A DNA stretch of 63,674 nucleotides, the filler included, from Lama guanicoe (taxonomy: Eukaryota): assembly GCA_013239625.1 (NCBI GenBank). It is 169 parts of 169 records of this genome, joined end to end, with 100 filler letters (N's around TTAATTAATTAA, not from the genome) between each part and the next. Parts side by side here need not be neighbours in the genome. Positions count along the whole stretch, not along the records: positions 25,629 to 25,905 come from PNXV01052298.1; positions 26,006 to 26,282 come from PNXV01052299.1; positions 26,383 to 26,659 come from PNXV01052300.1; positions 26,760 to 27,036 come from PNXV01052301.1; positions 27,137 to 27,413 come from PNXV01052302.1; positions 27,514 to 27,790 come from PNXV01052303.1; positions 27,891 to 28,167 come from PNXV01052304.1; positions 28,268 to 28,544 come from PNXV01052305.1; 161 more parts are not named here. One strand, written 5' to 3'. This document shows, piece after piece, positions 25,529 to 38,352 of this stretch (within the stretch, counting starts at the first letter, position 1; the number at the start of each line of letters is the position of its first letter). The notes below the pieces were generated by a model. The model was not told the origin of the DNA. It searched no databases and was given only the letters and a program-made list of their open reading frames with translations. The position numbers and the translations under genes are program-made.

Positions 25529-26839
25529 NNNNNNNNNNNNNNNNNNNNNNNNNNNNNNNNNNNNNNNNNNNNTTAATTAATTAANNNNNNNNNNNNNNNN
25601 NNNNNNNNNNNNNNNNNNNNNNNNNNNNCACGGCACCTGCCTCCCTCCCAAGAGCCAACTGACCTGGAAACAAAGGTCCCGCAAAGCTGGGGCAGCGGCA
25701 TGGAGAGGGGCGCTGCCCCTGGTGCACTGGTCCATTTGTCCCCATCGCCCCCGCGGCCTGTCCTGGGGGCAGCCTCTGCTACCCCAGGTTCGCAGGTCAC
25801 AGGTTACAGGCCAGCCTGCTCCTGGAAGGGGAGCGCTGTGCTGTCAGGGGGCCGCAACAGCGGCGGCGATGGCGGGATTGGGGCTGCCCCGTGCGAGCGC
25901 GGGGANNNNNNNNNNNNNNNNNNNNNNNNNNNNNNNNNNNNNNNNNNNNTTAATTAATTAANNNNNNNNNNNNNNNNNNNNNNNNNNNNNNNNNNNNNNN
26001 NNNNNAAAAAAAAGCCAAGTGCAAAAATAATCATTATAGTATGCTATCCTTTATCTAAGAAAGGAGGAGATGTAATAAAATAAGCATATACCTGCCCATT
26101 TGTGCAAAAGAATGCAGGAAGGATCAACTAGAAACTGAAGAGATTAGTTACCTACGGGGTGGGTGGAAAGAAAGGGGCAGTGGGTCTGGGAAATAGAGAT
26201 GACAAGAGAGTGACACAGTTTCTGGTACCTTTCATACAGCTCTGGCACTTAGAACTGTGGTAATGTTTTACAAATGCAAACANNNNNNNNNNNNNNNNNN
26301 NNNNNNNNNNNNNNNNNNNNNNNNNNTTAATTAATTAANNNNNNNNNNNNNNNNNNNNNNNNNNNNNNNNNNNNNNNNNNNNACAAGCTGCTTTGTGTCC
26401 CAGTCCAAGGACCAGTTGGATGAAATAGTGCTCTCCCGTGGAGAGAGGGAGAAGACAAAGCAAACAGATCTGCTGACGTGAGGTATGAGCTGACTGGTGA
26501 TGTCACTGCAAGTACAGCTGGGTGATTTCACATACTTTATAGACTTTTTTTTTTCTTCTCTTAAGAACATCATAGCTGTCTACTGAGTACTTCACTTTGG
26601 GATATTTGTGTACCAGGATGGTTCAGTGTGACCAGAGTGATAGCTGAAGAGAGGTGAACNNNNNNNNNNNNNNNNNNNNNNNNNNNNNNNNNNNNNNNNN
26701 NNNTTAATTAATTAANNNNNNNNNNNNNNNNNNNNNNNNNNNNNNNNNNNNNNNNNNNNTTGCAGCATATCTTCTTGCGAAGGTCATCATCATTTGCTAA
26801 TGCCAGTTCCTCACTTGCCAATCTTTCTTAAATCAACTC

Positions 26840-27036
26840 TTTTTCAAATCAGCAGCCTACATTCCCACTATTCTTCTGAAATTGCTCTTTTCAAGGGCAT
26901 CTATCACCTTCATGTTGCTTAAACCACTGGTCAATTTGTAGTCCTCATATTAGTTGATCTGAAAGCTACATTTGTCATTGATCATCCTTCTCCTTGAAAC
27001 ATACTTCATTGGTTTCCAGGACACACACTTGCCTGC
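26840..27036 (+). mobile_element. LINE-2 fragment
   Basis: ctgaaattgctcttttcaagggcatc...ccttcatgttgc...ggtcaatttgtagtcctcat...cttctccttgaaac...tggtttccaggacac resembles the L2 RT region. Confidence 0.75.
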
Positions 27037-27890
27037 NNNNNNNNNNNNNNNNNNNNNNNNNNNNNNNNNNNNNNNNNNNNTTAATTAATTAANNNNNNNN
27101 NNNNNNNNNNNNNNNNNNNNNNNNNNNNNNNNNNNNTCCTTGCTCTTGGCTTCCAGGATGCTGACATCTCTCTGTAATACTCATCCCACACACATCTTCC
27201 TTCATGTTTTCTATGAACAACTCACACAAGCCACTGCATACAGAATATTTGGATGAAATACATGGGGAATTTGGAGGAATTTTAAATAGTGAAAAAATAT
27301 CAGAACCAAATTCTAAGCTTCTTCCCTTGCCTTAGGTCAATTTTCCTTGCAAGGTTTCTCCATTATGATTTTCCTTTTCTAGGTAAGATTTCACATCCTT
27401 TTTTTTTTTTTAANNNNNNNNNNNNNNNNNNNNNNNNNNNNNNNNNNNNNNNNNNNNTTAATTAATTAANNNNNNNNNNNNNNNNNNNNNNNNNNNNNNN
27501 NNNNNNNNNNNNNCTTCGTGGGGGCTCTGCCTCCTGCAGCTCCTCCCGCATGCTGCCTCGCTGGGGAGGCGAGGTTTCCAGGGGCTACACTCGGCCCGTC
27601 TCCCTCGATGTCTTTCCCCGAGGCCAGGGGACTGAGGGGGCGTCCGGCAGCTGCTTAGTGTCCCTGCCAGTTGTGCGCTCGGGGGCCAGTGCAGTGTTCC
27701 CGGCACGCTGGGCCCCGGGCAGACTTCCCGAACCTCCCCCGTTATGCCCGTGGCTGGTCATCGGAAGCGGGGCCGGACTTGTCGGCAGGANNNNNNNNNN
27801 NNNNNNNNNNNNNNNNNNNNNNNNNNNNNNNNNNTTAATTAATTAANNNNNNNNNNNNNNNNNNNNNNNNNNNNNNNNNNNNNNNNNNNN

Positions 27891-28167
27891 AATGGGACCT
27901 AATTAAACTTACAAGCTTTTGCACAGCAAAGGAAGCCATCAGCAAAGTAAAACGACAACCTATGGAATGGGAGAAAATACTTGCAAATGATGTGATTGAC
28001 AAAGGTTTAATTTCCATAATATTTAAATAGCTCATACAACTTAACAACAAAAGACACAAACAACCCAATCCAATCATGGGCAGAAGACCAAAACAAGCCA
28101 TTCTCCAATGAAGACATGCAAGTGGCCAACAGGCACATGAAAAAATGCTCAGTATCACTAATTATCA
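27891..28167 (+). mobile_element. LINE-1 ORF2 fragment
   Basis: [49 protein letters not shown]...[13 protein letters not shown]. Confidence 0.96.
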
Positions 28168-28360
28168 NNNNNNNNNNNNNNNNNNNNNNNNNNNNNNNNN
28201 NNNNNNNNNNNTTAATTAATTAANNNNNNNNNNNNNNNNNNNNNNNNNNNNNNNNNNNNNNNNNNNNTCATGGGTAAACACTCTGCTTTAGAATTTTCTG
28301 TAAACCTCATGGCTTACGAACAAAGTTCTATGTGATATTAATGCAAACATAAAAATCAGC

Positions 28361-28544
28361 TGTGATGGCTAACGTTTTTTGTCAACTTGACTGAGCCATG
28401 GGATGTCCATATTAAACATTATTTCTGAGTTTGGGTGTTGCCAAATGAGACTGGCATTTGAACTGGTGGATGAGAAAATCATATTACCTCCCCTAATGAG
28501 GGTGGGATCCATCCAATCTATTCAGGACCTGAGTAGAACTGAAG
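28361..28544 (+). mobile_element. MLT2-like ERVL LTR 5' part
   Basis: Starts tgtgatggctaa...tgtcaacttgactgagccatggg...attaaacattatttctg...gcatttgaactggtgg...atccaatct, an MLT2 pattern. Confidence 0.8.
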
Positions 28545-30278
28545 NNNNNNNNNNNNNNNNNNNNNNNNNNNNNNNNNNNNNNNNNNNNTTAATTAATTAA
28601 NNNNNNNNNNNNNNNNNNNNNNNNNNNNNNNNNNNNNNNNNNNNTAGGAAAATTTATATGAATAAATTGTGCAAAATGGCTCCTTTGCTGGCACAGGAGG
28701 GCCTCTAGCCTTTCATCCAAAACATATCAAATCTTATATGAGGCTTTAGATTACTATTTGAAAACATAAATGGAAACAATGTAAAAAATCAACTTATACA
28801 TTTTAAAATTCAGTACTAGAACAAATATAGACATCTTTCTAAGAGTTAGTGTTGTGAAATAAAACTCACATGGGCTTTGAATTTGGATAATCTTGGACTG
28901 AAATCTCTTCGCTGTTTACATNNNNNNNNNNNNNNNNNNNNNNNNNNNNNNNNNNNNNNNNNNNNTTAATTAATTAANNNNNNNNNNNNNNNNNNNNNNN
29001 NNNNNNNNNNNNNNNNNNNNNCCCTTCTTTTTCTCCAAAGCACGCACTTCTCCCAGACATAAGGCATATATTTATCTCTTGTTTATTTGGCTTTTCTCAC
29101 TTGAATATAAATCCCATGGGGCAGGAAAAAAATGAAATTGGGCCTTCCCAGACATTTACAGGAAAAAGTACAAAGAATGAGTACCGTTGACCAGTCTGTT
29201 AAGGACAGCATGGGCAAAGGCAGGGATGAAAAACAACATCTCAAGTGGTTTTGTCACGGGCTCCTTGATGGAAGAGTACCAATATGATAATAAGGAAGNN
29301 NNNNNNNNNNNNNNNNNNNNNNNNNNNNNNNNNNNNNNNNNNTTAATTAATTAANNNNNNNNNNNNNNNNNNNNNNNNNNNNNNNNNNNNNNNNNNNNTT
29401 CACAACTAAATATTGTGACTTACGTGATCAGTCTTAACTGTTTATGTTAGTCTAGGTTGCAGTGTACTGCTTCTGCTGGCCCACACAGACACGCATACAC
29501 ACAAAACTACCTTATGACTGTTAAAAATGTATCTCACTATGGAAACTGATAAACCATACAGAAGATTTGAATCATTCTTTAAACAAATTTGGGGTAGACT
29601 CCAAGGAAAGATATGATTATCAGGCCTTGGCACATAGTAGGGTACTTAATGAATCATTGTTGAATAACCCCCCCCNNNNNNNNNNNNNNNNNNNNNNNNN
29701 NNNNNNNNNNNNNNNNNNNTTAATTAATTAANNNNNNNNNNNNNNNNNNNNNNNNNNNNNNNNNNNNNNNNNNNNGTCACATTACAATAAAATATGACCT
29801 TGCCTAGAATTTATTAACAGATTGTTGTGGGCCAGAAAATACGCTGCTTTACATAGATCATAGATTAGAGCCTTTCCATGTTCGCACCACCACGAATGAG
29901 GTGTGATCACCCCACTCTGCAGATACTGGATGTAGGGCTAAGAGTGGCTTGCCCCAGGTCACAGCACTAACGCTAACTGGTGGCGAGCTGAGACTCCAAC
30001 CCTGGTCTGTTTGATTTCAACATGCTGGTCACCATTGGCATAAACTGCTCCCNNNNNNNNNNNNNNNNNNNNNNNNNNNNNNNNNNNNNNNNNNNNTTAA
30101 TTAATTAANNNNNNNNNNNNNNNNNNNNNNNNNNNNNNNNNNNNNNNNNNNNTCATCAAGCATATATTTCCCTTTATTTAAAAAAGTTATTTTAATTCTT
30201 TAAACATATTTGTAAAGCTGTTTGGAGTTCTTTGTCTGCCAGATCCAACATCTAGGCCTATTTAAAATCAGTTGTATT

Positions 30279-30429
30279 AGTGACATCAGCAACATGGCGG
30301 AGTGAAAAGCTCCCTTTGTCCCTCCCCTTAAGTCTACAACCAGTAAAGTGTCCACAACTCAGCAAAGGTGCCTCTGCTCGACACACAGGATGCTGGAGAA
30401 TTCCACACATGTGTACATTTAAAGGTGGG
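30279..30429 (+). mobile_element. LINE-1 5' end (promoter start) with YY1-like motif
   Basis: AT-rich flank followed by gtgacatcagcAACATGGCGGagtgaaaagctccc (YY1-like core at 30291..30300), as at L1 5' termini. Confidence 0.6.
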
Positions 30430-31660
30430 NNNNNNNNNNNNNNNNNNNNNNNNNNNNNNNNNNNNNNNNNNNNTTAATTAATTAANNNNNNNNNNNNNNN
30501 NNNNNNNNNNNNNNNNNNNNNNNNNNNNNTGTTCTAGTGGTGTGCTTTAGTTTTTCCACTTGACTCCTGGATTTCTACTAAAGGTCTCTTATCTGTGGGA
30601 GATTATTTAAACCAGTGTCCTTTAGGGGCTCCCAGATCACAACCAGGAGGGGCAGGAGCTGGCTCATGGGCCATTTATGGTGCACAGCTGAGACCAAGTT
30701 CTGTATGTCTGTTGGCCAACACACAGTGGGTGTGACTCCTCATAGGTCCCTTGACATATGGTGCTGGTGAGAGAATCAAAGCCAAACGGGGCTGTAGCTG
30801 AGTCCTNNNNNNNNNNNNNNNNNNNNNNNNNNNNNNNNNNNNNNNNNNNNTTAATTAATTAANNNNNNNNNNNNNNNNNNNNNNNNNNNNNNNNNNNNNN
30901 NNNNNNTTTTTTTTTTTTGGTTATAATAACCTACCAAGTGAATGTTGTTAAAAATAGCAATATCAAGTACATCATAAATAAATTTAGTTTGAGGAAACCC
31001 AAATGCTAACATTTTGTTCTTGTATCTCCACAACATTTGCACATCCAAACTACAACTCCCACATTGCCTTTCACACAGAAAATTTTTTTAATTATTTTGC
31101 CAGCCTCATATCTTAGTTTTCAGTTCAAAACCCTCAGTTGCTGTTGACATAAAGCCAGGGACACCAGATACCCAGACATACACNNNNNNNNNNNNNNNNN
31201 NNNNNNNNNNNNNNNNNNNNNNNNNNNTTAATTAATTAANNNNNNNNNNNNNNNNNNNNNNNNNNNNNNNNNNNNNNNNNNNNTGTTTGTATTTAAAATG
31301 CTTCTTGTTATAGGTTCTGCCTAATAAAATATGTGCACTTGGGGATTTCTGCAGACTTTAGTTTCCATTTTGAACCAGAAGGAGCACTAACCTACAGGCC
31401 CCCTGTAGGTTCTTGATCTGTCATCCATTGCAGGCATCTCTAGCCCTTTCCAAGATTCCTTAGGGCAGTTGAAGTAGGGAAAAAGGTTGGCCTGTGTTCC
31501 AGTCAAGACTGTGGCTTGTAGCTTATTTAACCTTGAATCATGGCTGCTTTCCGATTACTCNNNNNNNNNNNNNNNNNNNNNNNNNNNNNNNNNNNNNNNN
31601 NNNNTTAATTAATTAANNNNNNNNNNNNNNNNNNNNNNNNNNNNNNNNNNNNNNNNNNNN

Positions 31661-31937
31661 CCGTTCTCCCCCAGCTCTGGCCAGTGAGCCCCACAGGGTG
31701 GCCGGGGCCGTCCCTCAGCCCATCGGGGGCACACAGGAGGCCTCGCCGAGGCTTTGTGCCTCCCCTCCAATGTCCCTGCTCCCTGCCTGTTGGCTCGCCT
31801 GGGATTTAGCCTCCCTCCCCGCTCCGAGCACCAGCTGGACCCCGGGACCTGAGGCGCACGGGCACGGGCGGCTCCCCGCGCGGGCCTGGTCGGAGCCCGG
31901 GGGAGGCGGGGCTGCTCCTCCCCCGCCCGGAGGCGGC
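31661..31937. promoter_or_regulatory. CpG-island edge fragment
   Basis: GC and CpG density rise toward the 3' end, with GC boxes (GGGCGG, GGCGGGG, CCGCCC). Confidence 0.5.
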
Positions 31938-34900
31938 NNNNNNNNNNNNNNNNNNNNNNNNNNNNNNNNNNNNNNNNNNNNTTAATTAATTAANNNNNNN
32001 NNNNNNNNNNNNNNNNNNNNNNNNNNNNNNNNNNNNNAATGTCAGCTGCTGGTAATTTTATTGCAATTCCTCTCTATGTGATTAGTGATTTTCCTTTTGC
32101 TGCTTTCAAGATTTTCTTTGTTTTTGACTTTGAACAGTTTGATTTCAAGTGTAGGTATGGATCTTTTAAAATTTTTCCAACCTAGAGTTTGTTGAGCTTC
32201 TTGGATGTACAAGTTTTCATCAAATATAAGAAGTCTTGGGGCATTATTTCTTCAAATATTCTTTTTGGCCTCTGTCTTTTCCTTTTGTGACTTCTATTTT
32301 TTTCACATATTGACNNNNNNNNNNNNNNNNNNNNNNNNNNNNNNNNNNNNNNNNNNNNTTAATTAATTAANNNNNNNNNNNNNNNNNNNNNNNNNNNNNN
32401 NNNNNNNNNNNNNNAGCTTCACTGGTCCTATTCAGAATGAAGACGACAGCTACTACCTGCTGATCCCTGAATCAGTGATAGGTTCTCCCTTGAAAGGAAC
32501 CGTATCCCCTTCATGGGTTACAACTAGTTCATATTTTAAGTAATTCTGTAGACGTAGAAGGGCTATTTTCATTGGTTCTGCTATCACAGACTTGTCCCCA
32601 AGAGAAAATGCCACCAGTTACTCCATTTTCACCCAATTAAAGATATACTTAACAGGCTTCCTTCTTTAGGGCAGTTTTAGGTTTACAGAAANNNNNNNNN
32701 NNNNNNNNNNNNNNNNNNNNNNNNNNNNNNNNNNNTTAATTAATTAANNNNNNNNNNNNNNNNNNNNNNNNNNNNNNNNNNNNNNNNNNNNGGGGGGTCT
32801 CTTGGGAGGCGCAGACCCGGGGCCGGTTGGCCGCTGCGCCCTGCAGCGAGATTTGTGGTAAACTGGGGGTGCTGGGCGTGTTAGGTGCTTTGTCTTTGAA
32901 CGGCCTAGCAGCAGGGAAACTGAGGCACGCTCTGCCGGTTTAGCCTTGCCTGGCCAAGTGCGGGCCTTGTGGGTTCTCAGGCTTGGAGTCCCAGGGCGTG
33001 CTATTTTGGGCGCTGAGGAGGGGCAAGTTAGCATTCGGGTGATGAGACCTGCTGTTGAGTCGCCTGTGNNNNNNNNNNNNNNNNNNNNNNNNNNNNNNNN
33101 NNNNNNNNNNNNTTAATTAATTAANNNNNNNNNNNNNNNNNNNNNNNNNNNNNNNNNNNNNNNNNNNNAGAATACAAAAAAGAATTCTTACAAGCCATTT
33201 AGAAAAAGACAGACACCGAAACTGAGAAATGAGCAAGAGTACTTAAACAGGCACCTCACAACATAGTAGAGATCTAAACAACAAGGAAACAGAAGTGAGG
33301 GGCCTCAATTCATCGCTTCATTAAATTGATGTGAATTAGAGCCATGTGGCACCACTGTATTGAATGCCGTGAAAAAGACAGGCAATACCAAATGCCGGTG
33401 AGGATGTGAACATGTGAGACCTTTGTTACCCTGCTGGACGGATCANNNNNNNNNNNNNNNNNNNNNNNNNNNNNNNNNNNNNNNNNNNNTTAATTAATTA
33501 ANNNNNNNNNNNNNNNNNNNNNNNNNNNNNNNNNNNNNNNNNNNNCAGCCAAATCTAAGGGCTCTGGGGCAGAGCTCTGGGACATCCCCCAGGGCCACAG
33601 GCAGGACTGAGAGGCCAAGAGGAAGGCCAGGCTGCGGAGCTCCTCCTTGTGCTCACTGGACCCATCCCCTGGCCCTGGGGCCTCCCTAAGAGGACACATC
33701 TCTCTGAGAACTGAAGCATCACTGGGTCCCAGGCTCCTTGAAGTGCGCTTTCGACCCTGGGGAGGCGAAAGGCGCTGTCCAGCTCAGAATGGAGGGAAAC
33801 CGTGATGTCCTGGAGAGAGAATNNNNNNNNNNNNNNNNNNNNNNNNNNNNNNNNNNNNNNNNNNNNTTAATTAATTAANNNNNNNNNNNNNNNNNNNNNN
33901 NNNNNNNNNNNNNNNNNNNNNNTGGCAGGAGTTTATGTGTTGAAATGGGGAGATAATGGGTTTTAGAAATACTATGTTCATTTATGCATGATGATCATTG
34001 ATATCAAATCCCCTTCTTTCCGAGCTAATACTGATCCTCACTGGCTTCAAGTAATACTTGGTTGTAAGAGAAAAAGCTGTCTGTTAACTCTGTTGTCTAT
34101 TTAACTAACACCAATCACTCACGAAACTCATCTAATAATGCCATGATCAATTTTTAGTGTTCGATGCTTTTATTTTTTTTAATATTTTTATTGAAGTATN
34201 NNNNNNNNNNNNNNNNNNNNNNNNNNNNNNNNNNNNNNNNNNNTTAATTAATTAANNNNNNNNNNNNNNNNNNNNNNNNNNNNNNNNNNNNNNNNNNNNT
34301 TATTCTCTAAGATCAAAAGGGTATACAAAGACTAAGTGTTTTTATTTGATCTAATTTGTTACCATTTTATCATATTAGCAATATGAGCTCTTATGAAATG
34401 TGCAAGTACAAAATTTTGTGTTTTTTTCTGTGTGTGTGTTTGTGTGTGATATAAAGCACAGTTAATTTTATTTAGCTGCACCAGAAAAATTCCAACATAA
34501 TTTATCAAGTCTATAATGAAATGGACTTTTGGTAGGTAGGCTCAGATCTCTGACTTACAGAGGAAAATATAATCATNNNNNNNNNNNNNNNNNNNNNNNN
34601 NNNNNNNNNNNNNNNNNNNNTTAATTAATTAANNNNNNNNNNNNNNNNNNNNNNNNNNNNNNNNNNNNNNNNNNNNGGGGACTCAGGACAGGGGCAGGAA
34701 GAGGAGAACTCATCTTTTTCTCTCAGGACCACCTTTTAAAATACTAGTATGTTTCCTGTTTATAAAAGTAACCTGGGGTCATTCTCCCACTCCAGTGACT
34801 CTCTTGTATCTTTTCTTCTAGCTGTTTCTTCTTTTTATTTATTTTACTTCCTGTGCTGTATTCTTGATTTTGCTGAAATACGTACCGTACTTAGCTCTGC

Positions 34901-35054
34901 TTTTCATCTGTGAACATTTTCTCGTGCTCTTGAAGTGTTTCCTCTTTTCAAGATNNNNNNNNNNNNNNNNNNNNNNNNNNNNNNNNNNNNNNNNNNNNTT
35001 AATTAATTAANNNNNNNNNNNNNNNNNNNNNNNNNNNNNNNNNNNNNNNNNNNN

Positions 35055-35138
35055 AGGGATGAAGTCTTGGATAAACTCTTGGCCTTTGTCTGCGACATCC
35101 GGCCCGAAATCCACGAAAACTACCGCATAAATGGATAG
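35055..35138 (+). CDS. Probable terminal coding exon segment of an unidentified gene, followed by a 3'UTR
   Basis: Open frame RDEVLDKLLAFVCDIRPEIHENYRING* with C-ending, CpG-retaining codons. It changes to AT-richer UTR-like sequence after the TAG at 35136..35138; ATTAAA at 35239..35244. Confidence 0.55.
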   Translation, partial: RDEVLDKLLAFVCDIRPEIHENYRING

Positions 35139-35431
35139 GGGAGGAAGGAAGACGTGCCCGTTCCATGGCTGGCGTTTTAGATGCCTTCATGGAATGGAAA
35201 GCTTTAGCAGGGCTTGAGTTATATTCTTGTGAAAAGGCATTAAATTATTTCTGTATATTACGTAGTAGGTTCCTTCACTTTTTGCAGAATAGCAGATCTA
35301 GCTTCTTCATACAAACTTAGAGCTTATCCAANNNNNNNNNNNNNNNNNNNNNNNNNNNNNNNNNNNNNNNNNNNNTTAATTAATTAANNNNNNNNNNNNN
35401 NNNNNNNNNNNNNNNNNNNNNNNNNNNNNNN

Positions 35432-35709
35432 GTCCCAGGGCTGTCCATTCTGGCCGCTCTGAGGGAGAATCCACCCCCTGCCTCTCTCCCAGCTTCAGGG
35501 GTGGCCCCAGAGCTTGGCTTGTAGATCCATGACTCCAATTTCTGCCTCTATGGTCATGTCACCTTCTCTGTGTCTGTGTGTCCTGTCCTTTTCTGTCTCT
35601 TTAAAGGATACTGTTATTGGATTTTGGGACCACCCTAATCCAGGAGGAGCTTATCCTGAACCTTCCATTAATTACATCTGCAAAGACCCTTATTCCAGTA
35701 AAGTCATGT
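35432..35709 (-). mobile_element. MaLR LTR (MLT1-like)
   Basis: ggagaatcc..ccctgcctctctcccagcttc...taaaggatactgttattggattttgggaccaccctaatccagga...ttaattacatctgcaaagaccctt. Confidence 0.9.
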
Positions 35710-35866
35710 NNNNNNNNNNNNNNNNNNNNNNNNNNNNNNNNNNNNNNNNNNNNTTAATTAATTAANNNNNNNNNNNNNNNNNNNNNNNNNNNNNNNNNNN
35801 NNNNNNNNNGAGACAAAAATCACTGCCTTCAAGGAAGTGACATTCTAGAAAAGGAAGATAGACAAG

Positions 35867-36087
35867 GTAGGGGAGGAAAATCTCTTTCTCTGCCCTCTTA
35901 GGTTCATGGCTGGGGCCTGCAAGTTGAATTGACAAAAGACAGATTAACTGGCGAAAAGGCATGCAAACTTCATGGCTATTCATACTGTCAGGGTGTGGAC
36001 ACTTCACAGAATAGAAGTGAAAAACCCAAAGAGGTAGGTAGAACTGGGGGCTTATATACCATTTAAACAAAGGTCACTAAATTCTGT
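35867..36087 (-). mobile_element. ERV1-class LTR fragment
   Basis: gtaggggaggaaaatctctttctctgccctcttaggttcatggctggggcctg...gacaaaagacagattaac...ggcttatatacc; the reverse strand carries a TATA-like motif. Confidence 0.65.
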
Positions 36088-36565
36088 NNNNNNNNNNNNN
36101 NNNNNNNNNNNNNNNNNNNNNNNNNNNNNNNTTAATTAATTAANNNNNNNNNNNNNNNNNNNNNNNNNNNNNNNNNNNNNNNNNNNNCTGAGACACACAG
36201 GCCAGGGAAGGGGAGCCCGAGGCTTCAGAGGCCCAGATTTCTTTCTTTAGTCCGTGTTTGCCTGAGTCAATCTTATGAGCATATTTTATAACACATAATA
36301 TAAGGCTCCTAAACATGTTTCAAAGGCACAGAAAAATGAGGCAAATGGGTGTTCTATTCAGTTTTTGAGATTTTGTATAGATCTCCAATTTGGTTTCAAT
36401 GAAAGTAAGCTTGAGAATTTGAGAAGTTCTTCATAATGGCCATTGATGCATACACTTAATTGAAGNNNNNNNNNNNNNNNNNNNNNNNNNNNNNNNNNNN
36501 NNNNNNNNNTTAATTAATTAANNNNNNNNNNNNNNNNNNNNNNNNNNNNNNNNNNNNNNNNNNNN

Positions 36566-36840
36566 ACATAGAATTTAGAACATGGAATTCAGAACAAAGA
36601 ATTTAGAATATTGAACAAGGATACTGAATATAGAATTAAGATTATAGAATGTAGAACACAGAATATTGTATATATAATATAGAATTTGGAACATGGTATA
36701 CAGAACACAGAATTTAGATTATAGAATACAGAATATTGAATGTAGAGTTTAGATATAGAATGTAGAACACAGAATATAGAATATTGCATAAAGAATATAG
36801 AACCCAGTATTTAGATCATGGAATGCAGAACACAGAATTT
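36566..36840 (+). repeat. Degenerate 7-bp tandem repeat, (TATAGAA)n-like, with higher-order structure
   Basis: The whole contig consists of agaattt/agaatat/agaacac/agaatgt variants. A catgg-marked block recurs at 36581, 36692 and 36817. Confidence 0.9.
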
Positions 36841-38074
36841 NNNNNNNNNNNNNNNNNNNNNNNNNNNNNNNNNNNNNNNNNNNNTTAATTAATTAANNNN
36901 NNNNNNNNNNNNNNNNNNNNNNNNNNNNNNNNNNNNNNNNATGGTAAATAGGAAGATAATACGTTCTTAAAATTTCTGACAGCTCACAGATTTACTGGGA
37001 TAGAATATATATGTGTGTGGGGGGGTAATTTGATTTTATGTAGGCTATTAAATATGTATAATGTTGTGTTATATATATTTGTATATCTCTAAAACAATCT
37101 CTTCAAATATAAGACCCTTAGTTGTCTTCTTAATTGTTTTATTCTTCAAAATATCTATCTGTGTGTGCATGCTCCTAGTAAAACCCCTGCCACGAGAAGA
37201 ACATCCCATCAGCAACACNNNNNNNNNNNNNNNNNNNNNNNNNNNNNNNNNNNNNNNNNNNNTTAATTAATTAANNNNNNNNNNNNNNNNNNNNNNNNNN
37301 NNNNNNNNNNNNNNNNNNCTGATTATTGTAGAAAAATGCTAAGGCCTATTTATTAATGAAAAGACCAGATGAGCTCTGAGGAATATGTAAACCGTTGAGT
37401 TTAAAAAATTTGTTTTTCTATTATAAAAGCCCTATGACTGTAGGGACACCCACCAAATTGAAATCAAGGGGAAAAACACTGAGTACAATAGAAGGGGACC
37501 ACGCCTGACCTGCAGGGCGCATGGGAGGACAGGGAATAACTGGGTGTCTGAATGCTAGCACAGTGCCAGGGCTGAATAAAGTGCTGCTTCAACTTCNNNN
37601 NNNNNNNNNNNNNNNNNNNNNNNNNNNNNNNNNNNNNNNNTTAATTAATTAANNNNNNNNNNNNNNNNNNNNNNNNNNNNNNNNNNNNNNNNNNNNCCAA
37701 GGGAAGCGTGCAGTAAAATGACAGCACTGTGGCTGCATTATTAACCGAAATACACAGAAATGCACCTGAAGGTTTGAAAGTAAGTATGTTGATGTTATTG
37801 GTGGTCGTCTCAGAGTGAGGGGCTTTGAAGTTTCTCCGTCTCTTCACACTCACCTGTACCTGCCGATTTTTCTACAATGAGCCCATATTACTTGCCTAGT
37901 TAGAAAAACTAGTATTACTGACTTCGGAATTTATTTTCTAGAAACCTGCATAATTGCAATTCTTTGCTAACCCTNNNNNNNNNNNNNNNNNNNNNNNNNN
38001 NNNNNNNNNNNNNNNNNNTTAATTAATTAANNNNNNNNNNNNNNNNNNNNNNNNNNNNNNNNNNNNNNNNNNNN

Positions 38075-38352
38075 GGAAATAAAGCAACTGAAACCCTCAT
38101 ACATTGTTTATGGAAATGCAAAATGTTAATAGCAATTCTGGAGAACAGTTATGCATTTTTTTTACAAAGTTAAGTGTACACTTACAATACGATCCATCAA
38201 TTCTTCTTCCAGTTATTTACCATAGAGAAATGAAAAGTTACATTCAGACAAAAGATCTTACACTAAAATACTTGTAGCAAGTGTGTTAATTATCACCCAG
38301 TATTGGAAACAACACAAGCTAATGTTCTTCAATAAGTCAGTGAGTGGATAAA
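38075..38352 (+). mobile_element. Old LINE-1 ORF2 3' fragment
   Basis: gcaactgaaaccctcatacattg...ggaaatgcaaaatg...gatccatcaatt...tttaccatagagaaatgaaa...tggaaacaacac...gagtggataaa. Confidence 0.88.

Noticed and set aside
36589..36789. Hydrophobic 66-aa ORF (MQYSIFCVLHS...)
   Set aside because: It is a translation of the heptamer tandem repeat.
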